From Acidobacteriota bacterium (GTDB lineage Bacteria > Acidobacteriota > Thermoanaerobaculia > Multivoradales > JBCCEF01): a stretch of DNA of 64,000 nt. The notes under the pieces are model-generated. The model was not told the origin of the DNA. It made no database searches and saw only the letters and a list, made by a program, of their open reading frames with translations. Each line of letters starts with the position of its first letter. Position 1 is the stretch's first letter. A program made the position numbers and the translations under genes. Location of the stretch: the NCBI GenBank assembly GCA_039030395.1, contig JBCCEF010000003.1:320830-384829 (forward strand). Reading direction: 5' to 3'. Shown one piece after another: positions 50,940 through 63,300 of this stretch.

Positions 50940-51090
50940 AATTATAATTGTCGGGAATCACCTTTGGAAGGCACGGAACGAGACATGGCGGCGAGACCTT
51001 CGCCCAACGGTCCTCGAAACTCATTTCACAGTGCATGAATAGAAAAAGGGTCTCAATGACTCTCTTCTCAGTTACTTTGTAGCTCATTCC
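50940..51090 (-). pseudogene. Frameshifted, truncated paralog remnant of the adjacent GyrI-like gene
   Basis: Its reverse-strand translation MSYKVTEKRVIETLFLFMHCEM matches MSYEITKRTLAETPFLFMRSEV of the 50119..50586 gene. After a frameshift, EGLAAMSRSVP matches EALGTMFGSVF. The copy ends after ~50 codons in an AT-rich stretch (attatataagctgagtggtaagtaattataattg). Confidence 0.5.
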
Positions 51091-51303
51091 AGGCCCTCCG
51101 GGAGTCGTGTTTCTTGCTGACTCTGCAACAAGGGCGGGAATCCACGGCTCTGAGAAGACGGGAAGGTTTTTCGAAGCTTTTTTGAAGGTCTCCTGCCTCG
51201 TAGTCATTCAGGGTTTGCCTCAAATCGGCGGAAAGTTGACTCTAGCTAGCCCGAGCAATCCTTCAACGGATGTCGGGCCGGTCTCTTGCTGCTGGGGAGC
51301 GAG

Positions 51304-54300
51304 GTGAACGTGAAGTGGATCAGGGAAGCCTTAGCGGTAGTTCGTTGCCGGAATCGAGGTGTCCAGGGTTTGTGCGGGGCCCTGGGCCTCATAGCCTTCG
51401 CTCTTTCCGCTAGCCTTTCTGCCTCGGCGCAAGAGCTGGGTAGTGGGCGCCTTTCCATTGTTGGAGCTCGCCTCGCCGCTTCACCGGAGAGCCAGACGGT
51501 TCCGCTGTCGACGCCGACGATTGTCGAAACGTCACTGGTCGGCTGGAATCCATCCAACGGCGTTCTTCCCTCGAATCTCGTTGTGGTCGGTGAGCTGTCC
51601 GGACCGGAGATCTCCGGATTCCTCAGCCTGTCGACTTCTCCCGGCGAGCCATTCCGAATTCCGCGGCTGGCCCTCGAAGGCGAATATCGGTTGGAGAACA
51701 TCCGGCTGATGCAGGATGGTGAGCTTCTTTCCTATGCCGAGCCGCGGGACGCCGCCATCCTGGTGACGCAAGTGCTGGTCACGCGAGTCAGCTCGCGGCC
51801 TCTGACCCTCGACGAGGTCCGCAGTTACGGTGTCGTTCTGGGCGACGACAATTTCCGCGCTTTCAACTTCACCTTCGGTTTCGCTGTCGATGGCGAGATC
51901 ATCGACTACAACCTGCCGGTGTTCTACAACGCGCTCAATCCGGGTGAGACGCTGACGGTCTTGGGGCAATCGAGCCCGCAATTTGGAGCGTCGAGCGGTA
52001 CCACCTCGCCGCGCTTCAAACCGCCGCAGATGGCTCCCTTTACGTTGCAGATGGAATCTTCTGGCGGTGGTGGTGCTAGTGGGTTGACCGGTGGTTGTCA
52101 AAACGCCGATGGCTGTTTCGAAGACGAGCCGGTGAGTCTGCCGGGGGTGATCTTGTTCCCCTCGGAAGTTTCGCTTCTCAACCAGTTCTTCTCCGTGGTT
52201 CTGGTGGCCAAGAACGACGCACCCGAAGGTGATCCATTGGTGATTCGCGACCTGATGGCCCGGGTGATCCTGCCGCCGGGTTTGCGAATGGCGGAGACCG
52301 AGCCGCCGACACCCCTCGGGGTGCCGGTGCCGGTGCGAGTGCCGGGGCCCGATGGTCTGCTGGGTACGGGGGATGATCTGACGTTCTTGATCGCCCAGGC
52401 CGAAGGCCAGGCCGAGGTGGTGGTGGAGGGTCGTCAGCAGGGAACCCACGTTGTCGAATTCCAGCTTGAAGGGGTGCTCGACGGGCTCCCCGGAGGCGTG
52501 GAGCGGGTCACCGGTTTGGCCCGCGGTGCGGTGGTGGTGCGCGATCCAACCTTGGCGATGACCGTCACCCATCCGGATGTGGTGCGCAACGACGAGCAGT
52601 ACAAACTGTCCGTCACGGTGACGAACACCTCGAGTCAGCCGCTGAATCTGGTGTCCGTTTCGTTGCCCCCCGGCGGGCTGTCGGGAGTGGAATTGCTGAC
52701 CTCGGGGCAGCAGACGATTCCTTCGCTGCCACCTGCGGAGTCCGAAGTGGTTGAGTTTGGTTTGCGTTCTCTGCGCACCGGTCGGGTGGTGGCGACCTCG
52801 GTCAAGAGCGGTAGCCTGATCGATCCCACCTTCGAGCTGACGGTGGGGGTCGGCGATGCCGGCATACCGCTGTCGCCCGATGCGTTGATCTTGCCGCGCT
52901 CCGTTGAGCAGCTGCCGGCGGCGGTGCAGCGCCACGCGCTGGGCTTGCTCGGTCTCGGCTTTTCGCTATCGAGCGCTCCGGAGTCCGCGACGACTTCGGG
53001 CTTGCCTCGCCTGTCGCGGGAGCAGATCGATGAGAAAGCCTACTGGTTGGCGCAGGCCGGTCGGCATGTGGCGCTCGGCGAAGACTCCTTCGACAGCTTG
53101 GCGGTGGTGGCTGCCGAGTGGGCTGGCGCCCGCGATCGCGACTGGGAATGGGACGAGCTACGTCGGATCACCCAGCGTGGTGGCTTCTGGGCAAGTGCTT
53201 TGGCGCACACCTTCGCTGCGGAAGCGGCGGCGACCTCCGGGCGCGCCGCCTTCGAGCGCTTTGCTCGTACGACTTCGTTTCTCGGCCCTCTGGCCGGTGC
53301 GGTCGTCGAGGGTTCGGCGGCACGGCTGGAAGTCGCCAGTCGAACGACCGGCGACCGGCTTTCGGGAGAGGGCAGCGATCCATTGCGCATTCGCGAGCTG
53401 TCCTTCGCTGACCTCTACGGTCTCGGTGCCGAAGGTCAGATGGCGTTGCTTGCCGGTGCCGAGGCCGGTGGCTACCAGGTCCGCTTGACGGCTGAGGGCG
53501 GATCGGCGGACACGCTGACTCTGTGGTTGCCCGACGGTGCCGGCGGCTCTCGATGGGTCGATTTCACAGGGATCGCCTTGCCCCCTGGCGGCCTGGCGAT
53601 CGTCGACTTCGCGCCCAGCGACAGTCTCTTTACGTTGTTCGTCGACCGCACCGGCGATGGGTTGGTCAACGAGGAGATCCCCGGCGCGGTCTCCACATTG
53701 ACGCTGCGACCCTTCACGGCGGTGGCGGCGGTGCAGAACGCCGAGGAAGATCCTTCCGGTCACATCGTCGATGTGCTCCTGACCCAAGATCTCGATCTCG
53801 CGAGCTTGTTGCCCCTCGATCCAGGCCGATTCTCCTTGCCGGGGAAAGTATCCAACGGCGGTCTGGTGCCGGTCGAAGAGGACATTGCCAACCACTTTGA
53901 GACGGTGGCGGAGAATCCCTTTGAGGGACTGCGCAACAGCCGTATCGTGCGGGTGATCTTCGACAATCCGATCAGTCCCTACGTTGCGCACGCCCTGACC
54001 ATCCGTGATCTCTCGAGTGTTGCCGGCGCCACTCTCTCGGGGGTCACGCTGCCGGTGACGACCACCGTCACCGAGCCGGGGACCCAGGTCGAGGGCACCG
54101 TTCTCGGACCCGATGGCCAGCCGGTTCCGTTTGCTTTGGTTGAACTCTACGAAGTGGATTTCTTCTATCACTACCCAACGCCGTGCCGGCGCCACAAGAC
54201 GGCGGCGGTGCGGGCGGACTCTGCTGGCCGATTCAGTTTCGACTACGTGCGCCAGACGAGGTGCTCCGACGTGTTCACGTTGGTGGGTACCGACCCGGTG

Positions 54301-57300
54301 AGCGGCTATCGTGGCGACGCCCGTGGGCGGATGCGCTTTGCCGGAGGCAGCCAGCAGCTCGACATCCTGATGCTGGGCCGTGGCACCCTGCGCGGCCGCG
54401 TTAGCTACGAAGACGGCACGGTACCCGAGAGCCCGCGGGTTGTGGCGTACAGCCCGGTGTTCTTTGAGGGCAGCGAGGCGCGTGTTTTCGCTGACGGTCG
54501 CTATGAGGTCAGTGGAGTTCCCGTCGGAACGGTGAGCCTGGCGGCGACGGACCGCGAAGGTAGCTCTGTCTTCCAAACCGTCGAACTACCCACCGCCGGT
54601 TCGGTGGTGGAGCGCGACTTGGTCATCATCCGGCGTTCTCCCGACGATTCGACCGGCGACGTGCAGGGCACGGTATTCGAGGCCGACGGAATCACCCCGG
54701 TATTCGATGCCTATGTGGCTCTCTATGTCGACGGTGAACTCGCCGGAGTAGAGAACAGTGATCTCGATGGCAGTTTCGATTTCGGCACCGTGCCTGCCGG
54801 CCGGGCCGAGATCGAAGCTTTCGATGGCGAAACTGGGCTTTCGGGAGCGCAAGTTTTCTTCGACATTGCCGCGGACCAGGTCAACGACATCGCCCTCTTG
54901 CTGTCGGATGAGCGGGGAACCGTTGAAGGGACGGTCTACCGGCAAGAGATTACCGGCCAAGTGCCGGTGGCGGGTGCCGTGGTGTGGGTGAGCGGTACGC
55001 CGTTTTCTACCGTGACCGACGCGGCTGGCTTCTACCAGCTCGATAGTGTGTTCGCCGGTGAGCGCACGGTGCTGGCGGCCGACCTCGACCGCCAACTGCA
55101 AGCCTCCGCGGCGGTGACCGTGAACGGTGGCGGTGCGGTGACTTTCCGTGACCTGATCTTCCCGGGTGCGTCCGTGGGCAGCGGTATTTCCGGCGAGGTG
55201 CTGGGCTTTTCCGGCGACCCGGTGCCGGGTGCCTTGGTGCACATTGCGACCGGTGGTGGCCGGTGGTGGCATGAGGTAGCCACCGATGCGCTTGGACGCT
55301 TCACTCTCCCCGAACTCGCCCCGGGCTCCTATGAGCTCCACGCGGTGGACGGCGCCGCTGGGGCGAGCAAGACGGTCACCATTCGGTTCGAGGGCGAGAC
55401 CCCGTTCGTCGGCCTTCGGTTCAAGAAGGGCAGTATCCGTGGCACGGTTCGCTTCGAGAACGCGAGTGGCGACCTGGTCGGCGTCCAGTCGCTGGTGACC
55501 TATCGGACCACGGTGGTGCAGGAAGGGTTGGTGGGACTCGATTGGTCACCGCACACGATCGAGACGGCCGCTGACGGTAGTTTCGAGATCCCCGACGCCT
55601 TGGTGGGGCCGTACTCCCTGCATGTTTCCAATCCCTTCCACGGTGAGCGAAGGATTCACGGCGATCTGGTGTTCCACGGCGAGGTTGCGGAACACGATGT
55701 TCTGTTTCAAGAGAACGGGACGATTCGGGTGCAGGTGCTCGATTGGGACGGCGAAACCCCGTTGCCGGGTGCGCGAGTGGACCTGCAGCACCCGGCCTTC
55801 TCGCTTTACGACCTGATCGCCGATGAGGAAGGTCGGGTGACCTTCGAACTGGTGCCGCCGGTGGGAGGGCGCTTTCCCATCGAGGCCGAAATCACTTCCG
55901 GCAGCCTCTTCCGCCGGGCCCGTGGTTGGGTGCGGTTCAATCGATTTGGCCAAGAACTCGACATCGAGATCGTCATGCCGCGCCAAGGCACCGTCTCGGG
56001 CTTCGTCGAGGACGCCAGCGGCAACCCGGTGCCCGGCGCAGTGGTGACATTGCGCGAGCATGCCTTCCCCGGACGTTGGGTCACCCAGAACGCCGACGGC
56101 GAGGGCAGCTTCCGATTTACCAACATCTTTGCGGGCACCGTGTCACTGGCTGCCAAGGCACCCTCCCTGGGTGGACTGGGCAGCAAAGCGACCGTCGAGC
56201 TGGCCTCCGAGGGTCAAGAGGTCTATACCCTTCTCCAGCTCGAGGCCACCGGTGAGATCGTCGGTCGGGTGCTCTCCCCGCTGACCGGAGAGCCGGTGCC
56301 TTCGGTGCAGGTCTCGATCTATCGCCACGGTCACGGTTTGTTCGACAGCCTCACGGCGGCAGCGGATGGCACCTACCGCTTCCAGCTTTTGCCCCTTGGT
56401 CAGTATCGCGTCTGGGTGTTCGATCCGGCCACTGGCCGCCACGGGGAGCGTGAAGGTGCCTGGGTCGAGTTCAACCAGCATGTGCGCGAGGCAGATGTCA
56501 CCCTCGAAGTGCGCGGGGAGATCGACGGGCATCTCTCCGATCCGGGTTCGGGCCATGGCGTGCCCGGGGCCACGATCCGCGCTGCGGTGCACTCGTTGGT
56601 GCCCTTTGTGACCTACTCGTCGACCGATGTTGAAGGCTATTTCGAGTTCTTGGGGATCCCCGAGAGCACTTTCCGCCTCGACACGAGAGAACCCGAAGGT
56701 CGGCGCCGTGCCTCGGGCAGCGGGTCGATCAACGCCGAAGGCGAACGAGTGACGGTGGACCTGGTCCTCGAAGCTTCGGGCTCGGTGACCGGCACGGTGC
56801 TCAATCCGCCGGGCGCACCGACGGGACCCTTTGCCAGCGTCAACACCTTGATCTACCAGGATGGTCAGGTGGTGGGTGCAACCCTTGACAATCCGTACAC
56901 CTTCGACGGGCTGATCGCTGGCCGCAGCTTCCGCATCGAGGCGCACGAGGTCGGCGGCGATCACCGTGGTGAGGCCACGGGTCGTCTCGAAAGTGAAGGC
57001 GAGCTGGTGACCGTCGACGTGACGATGCGTCCCATCGGCGAGGCCGAGGTGACCGTTCGTGACAGCTTCGGCAACCTGGTCGCCGGGGCCAATGTCGGCT
57101 TGCGCAGCTCGGGTTTCTACCGGCAGGGTGCCTTCTCGGCGTCCACCGGAGCGGCGGGCACGGCGCTCTTCACCCAGGTCGGTGAGGGACACCTTTCCAC
57201 CTGGGCCAGCAGTCCGGCCACCGGGCTCGGTGGCTCGGCGGAGGGTACGTTGACCTTCGAAGGGGAGCGGGTGCCGCTCACGGTGCAGCTCGCTGATTCG

Positions 57301-60300
57301 GGCGCCGTGGAAGGAGTGGTGCTGCTTTCCGACGGCACCACCCCGGCCGAAGAAGCGCTGGTGGTACTGACCATCGCCGGCCGCACGAGCCAAACCTTCG
57401 CAGCGGCCGACGGCAGCTTCCGTTTCGACGCGGCTCCGCTCGGTTCCTTCGCGATATTCGTCCAAGAGCGCTTCGGGCCGGGCACGGCTCGGGCTCGAGG
57501 GACACTCGCGGCCAATGGTGGTTTGGTCGACGTGGGCACACTGGTGATGGACGACGCCGATCCGGCGGTGATCGAACTCCTGCCGGCGCTGTACTCGGTG
57601 GATCAGTCGCTCGCCAGTACGGTCACGATCCGCTTTAGCGAGCCGCTGGACGTGGCGCGCTTCACCAACGCCTGGGTCAGCTTCCGCAGCCTGTCCGGTG
57701 CGACCGTCGCCTATAGCGCGAGCTGGATCGAGGGTAATGCGACTTTGGTCCTCACCCCGAACGCGCCGCTCGCCAGTCACACCAGCTACCAGGTCACCGT
57801 CCAAGATGCCTATGACCCGGCCGGTCGGCAGCTGTTCGAGCCGGCGCGTACCATCTTCACCACTGTGGATGTCACTCCACCGACGGTGATCGACGTGTTG
57901 CCGCGCGATGGAGAAATCCAGCTACCGGTCCATACCCAGATGCATCTGACGTTTTCGGAGCCGGTGGTCCCTGCCTCCCTCAACGGCAGCTCCCTCCAGC
58001 TCACCGATCGGACCACCGGTACTGGGGTTTCAACCACTTGGTTGCAGATTGCCGACGGTCGCAAAGCGGTGGTGACCCCGGTGGGCGGCCTGGCTGCGGA
58101 CCGCGAATACCAGCTCACCATCCAGGGTCTCGAGGATGGCTCAGGCAACGTGATGACCACTCCCGTCATCACGACTTTCTGGACCCTCGACACAACGCCG
58201 CCGGACATTGCCAGCGTCATCTTGCCGGCGGGCAACAGCTTCACCGCCGGAGACGATGTGCCGGTGCAGGTGGATGCGACCGACTCGTGGGGGGTGGCGA
58301 GGGTGACGGTGCAGGTGAACGACTGGACCTTCTCCGACGAAAGCGAGCCCTTCGAGATCACCGCGCTAGCTCCGATGGTGGCCTCGGCCGAGACGGTGAG
58401 TCTCACTATCGAAGCGGTCGATATTCACGGCAATGTGGCGTCGACGACTCGAGACATTCAGGTCGATCCGTTGGTGAACGCTTCGACGCCGGAGACCTGG
58501 GCCGGTTGTGCCCTCAACGGCGACGCGGTGGTGCCGGGCATCGAGATCGGGATCGGTGTCGAGGCAGAGGACGACCAGGCGATCGAAAGCTTGACCGCCT
58601 TCGTCGATGGTGTCGAGATTGGCTCGGCAAGCCCGGTCAACCTGGCCCGCGGCTCGGCGATCTTCCCCTGGACGCCTCCGACCGGAGCCTCTCCGGGAAC
58701 CAGCTACAGCGTTCGGCTGGAAGCCCGAGACTTCGCCGGCAATCTGTCGGTCCATGATCTCGTGGTATCGGTCCCGACCGGTACGATCCTGGTCGGTGGG
58801 CGGAGTTTGCTCGGTCCCTACGACGGAGAGGACATCACCCTCGCGGAAGGCATCTTCCTGGTCCGCAACCCTCTAGCTTTCGCCTCGCTGCGCGTCGTGG
58901 GTGGGGCTTCCATCGAGCCGCCGGAAGGCTTCACGGACCTCGACCTGACGGCCAGCGGAGAAATCCGGGTTCAGTGTGGCGCGGAGGTGCGGCATGGGCC
59001 AGAAGGGCGGACCTCTCTGTCCGCCGGTGGCGACGTGATCTTCGCGCCGCGGTCGTCCGCCCTCGCCAACGACGTTGCCGCTCAGAACATCTTTGTCGGG
59101 GTCGGTTCCGACATTCGGCATGCCCCGGGGGGCTGGCTGCGGCTCGCTGCCGTCTCGTCGGCCGTCATCGGTCCGGGTGCCGTGGTGGATGTGACCGGCG
59201 AAGGGTTTGCCGGAGGAGCCGATTGGGAGTGGTTCGGCCATGCGCCGTCTGAGGTTTCGCCGTCGGCTGCGGGTGCCGGTGGGAGCCACGGCGGCTTGGG
59301 CGAGTCCACTCAGCCCGGCTATGAGGTGGGAGAAAGCTACGACAGTGTCTACCGGCCGACCCTCGCGGGGGGCGGTGGCGGCCCCCGTCGTTTCAACACG
59401 GCTGCTCCGGGGCAGCCCGGTGGTGGAGTCATCGAGGTCGCGGCATCGTCTCTCGTGCTCGATGGGACGCTACGCGCTCGCGGCAGTGAGACCGCGGGGC
59501 AATCCGGCGGTGCCGGGGGCACGGTACTCCTGCGGGTCGGCTCCTTGTCCGGCGGCGGTCTGGTCGATGCCTCCGGTGGCGACTCCCCAGGATGCACTGC
59601 GGTCGGCTCGATGGGCGGCGGTGGCGGCGGCCGAATCGCCGTCCAGGCCGATGACTTGAGCGGTTTTGATCCAGTGACACAGACTCGGGCGTGGGGTGGC
59701 CGCCGAGACCGTTGTTGGTCGCATTCCCTATTTGCCGGGCCAGGAACGGTCTATCTGCGCGATAACACGTCGACCTACGGTCGTCTGATGGTCGACAACG
59801 GTCTCGACGAGAACGGTGCCGAGCGCTCAGGGCCGACCACGCCCTTGCCGGCGCTCGGCGCGGGTTCCGTGGCTTCGTTCCAAGGTCAGGGTGCGGATGC
59901 GTGGCTGACGGCCGCTGAGGGGCCCCGGGCGGTGCGGTGGCTGGGCACCTGGGTGACCCTGTCGGATGCTGCCGGGCTCGAGCTCGGTGCCTTCGAAGTG
60001 CTGTCCGTCGACGCGGCCGGGCGCCTCCTGCTGCGCGACGCCGGTAGCTTGTCTGGGGTTGCTGAGTACCGGGGTGAATATCGGTTCGACAGCATCGATT
60101 TGCTCCACGGTGCGGGGCTCGAAGCCAGCGACCCGGTGAGCGGCACGAGGGTGGATCTTAGGGGTGAGGTCGAGCTCGAAGGAGAGGTACATGCCGCCGA
60201 CGTTGTGGTGCATGCCGGTGCGGTGATTCGTCCCGCTACGGGCGGGGTCGTGCGGATGGTTGCGACTCGCTCGGTGGTGATCGAAGCCGGCGCCGTGGTG

Positions 60301-63300
60301 GATGTGACCGGCGAAGGCTTCGCCGGGGGAGCGCATTGGGAGTGGTTCGGCTATGCCCCAGCGGAGGTTTCGCCGTCGAGCGCAGGGGTGGGTGGCAGCC
60401 ATGGAGGCTTGGGTCAGGCGACCCAGACCGGGTATGGGGTAGGGGAAAGCTACGACAGCGTCTTCTGGCCCCAGCTCGCGGGCGGCGGTGGCGGTCCCCG
60501 CCGGTTCAGCACGTCTGCTCCCGGACAGCCGGGGGGCGGCGTGATCGAGATTGAGACGCCTTCGCTGCTGCTCGATGGTGAGCTCCGGGCGCGAGGTGGC
60601 GAGACCGCGGCGCAGTCCGGTGGTGGTGGCGGAACGGTGCTCCTGCGGGTCGGTTCCCTGGCCGGCAGCGGTCTGATCGATGCCTCCGGTGGCGATTCGC
60701 CGGGTTGTACTTCGGTCGGTTCGATGGGCGGCGGCGGTGGCGGCCGGATCGCCCTGCATGTGGATGGTCTGAGCGGCTTCGATCCCGCGACTCAGACCCG
60801 GGCGTGGGGAGGCGAGCGGGGCTTGTGCTGGTCGCATCCTCGTTACGCCGGGCCGGGCACGGTCTATCTGCGAGACGCCGAAGCGACCCACGGACAGCTC
60901 TTGGTCGACAACGGGCTCGACGAAAATGGCACCGGACGCAACAGTTCAATTCCGACCCCATTGCCCAGCCTGGGTCGTGGGTTGATCGGCATGGTCGAGG
61001 TGGACCTCGACCACCCGGCGGATCTGTGGGTCGAGCCGCAAGATCCGGATCAACGGGTGGGCTTGGGTGTCGTCGGGGTGTTCGCACGCATCCAGGGAGT
61101 GGATTACCCGGTCCTGGCCGAAGCGGGGGATCGGCGCCGATTCCTGCTCGGCGGAGCCTCCGGCGCTGTTTCCGTCGGCGATGCCTTTGTCGGGGTGTAC
61201 AAGTTCGACGAAGTGGTGGTGACGCGAGGTCATCTGACTCTGGAGGACGGTGTCGAAGTCGCAACGCTGACCGTAGGACCGGAGTCGTCGATGGCCTCCA
61301 CAGATCTCGATCCGCCCGCCATCGCGATCATCGCTCCGACGGAAGGTGCGGCCTTTACGTCAGGCGAAGCGATCGCTGTCGCCGCGACGGTCACCGATGC
61401 CAGCGCGATCGACTCGGTGGTCTTCACCTTGGGGAGCCAGACTTTCACCGACACGACGCCGCCGTGGGAGTGGACGGTCGCGGCTCCAGCAGTCACCGAG
61501 GAGGGCGATGCCCTCATTCAGGTGGCAGCTACCGACGCCGAAGGCAATGTCGGCACGGCGCAACGGACGGTGCACTTGTTGCCGCTCGGATCCGCTTCAC
61601 TGCCGTCGGTGGCTATCGCCTGCCCGTCGGACGGTGCATTGTTGGCACCCGGAACCGGCCTCGAGGTGGTGGCCGATGCCACTCACGAGAACGGTATCGA
61701 GAAGGTGGAGCTGTTCATCGGCGGTTCGTCGCAGCCGGTGGCGACGGACTTCGCAGCACCTTACTCGCTGCGCCTCAATGCTCCGTTGGAGGCTGTTTCC
61801 GGCCAGGTGATCGCTGCCACGGTGCGAGCCACCAGCTTTGCGGGAACGAGGGCCGAAGTCACCCGGCACGTGACCGTGGTGGAAGGGGCCGTGCTGACCG
61901 CGGACACCTTCCTCGCCGCGGGAGATACCCGCCTGGATGGCGGTGCGGTGATCGTGGCTGGCGGCACGCTGACGATCGAAGGACCGCACAGCTTCACGAA
62001 CTTGGTGGTGCTCGACGGCGCGGTGGTCACCCACCTGGAGTCGACCGATCTCGCCTCGACCGAGCGACTGGATCTGGCCCTTTCAGGAGATCTGTTTGTC
62101 GCTTGCGGCGGCGGTATCGATGCCAACGGCCGGGGGCACAGGACGGCTGCCGATACTGGGATTTTCGCCGAGGATCACTTCGCGACGTCGGCATCGCTGA
62201 ATCAGTGGCAGGTGGTGGATGAGGGCACGAGCCAGGGGCCGTCGAGCTGGGTTGTTTCCGGGACTCACCTCAGGCAGCAGTCCAACATCAACACGAGTGG
62301 AGCGACCTGGGGAACGTATTTGCTGTGGGGTGAGGAGCTGCCGGTTGCGGACTATCGACTGGCGGTGCGAATGAACTCCAACGACGACGACTCGATCGGT
62401 GTGATGTTCCGCTATGTCGATGCGAACAACTATTACAGGTTCCGGTGGGGGAGTCAGACTCCGGGCCAGTGGCTCGAGCGGATTGAGGATGGACAGGTCA
62501 CCCTTTTGGCCAGTAGTTCTGTTCCGTATCGCTCGTCGGTTTGGTACTGGGTCGAGGTGGATGTTTCGGGTTCGGCGATCGAGGTTCGGATCGACGGTAC
62601 GACGGCGCTCACGGCGACCGACACCAGTCATTCCTTCGGCCGAGTCGCCCTGTACAGTGCGGGCAACGACGGCAGTGTTTTCGACGACCTGATCGTCAGC
62701 TCGCTCGAGGATGGGTTGGAGGCTGCCGCCCACTTCGAGGACAACTCTTGGAACAACGACTGGGAGATCGTCGACCAGCCGGGAGCGTCTGAGGGTCCAT
62801 CGAACTGGTTCCGCGACGGCAACGCCCAGTACCTCAAGCAGACCAGCAATATCTACCGCAACCCAGATGGCTTTGGCACCTATGCGCGGTGGCTGGGGCC
62901 GGTTCCGGGTGCCGACTATCGAGTAGGGGTGAACCTGGTCTCCGGGGACGATGACCACATCGGCCTGCACTTCCGTCAGTCGGATCCGGACAATTACTAC
63001 CGGTTCCGTTGGTCTCGAGCTAGCGGCGGCGCCCAGATCCTGGAAAAGGTCGAGAACGGTCGGGTCATCGAGTTGGTTCGCCGGACGGCGGCGTACGCGC
63101 AGTGGCGCTGGTACCGAGTGGACATCGAAGTGGTGGGCTCCCGGATGCAAGCGTGGGTCAACGGCGAGCTCGTCCTCGCCGCGACGGACTCCACCCATAC
63201 GGAAGGCACGGTGGCGCTGTACTGCGGCGGCAACGTTCACAGCTACTACGACGATTTCCGGATCAGTTCTCCCTCGCGCTCGACGGTCGAGGGAGGCTCC

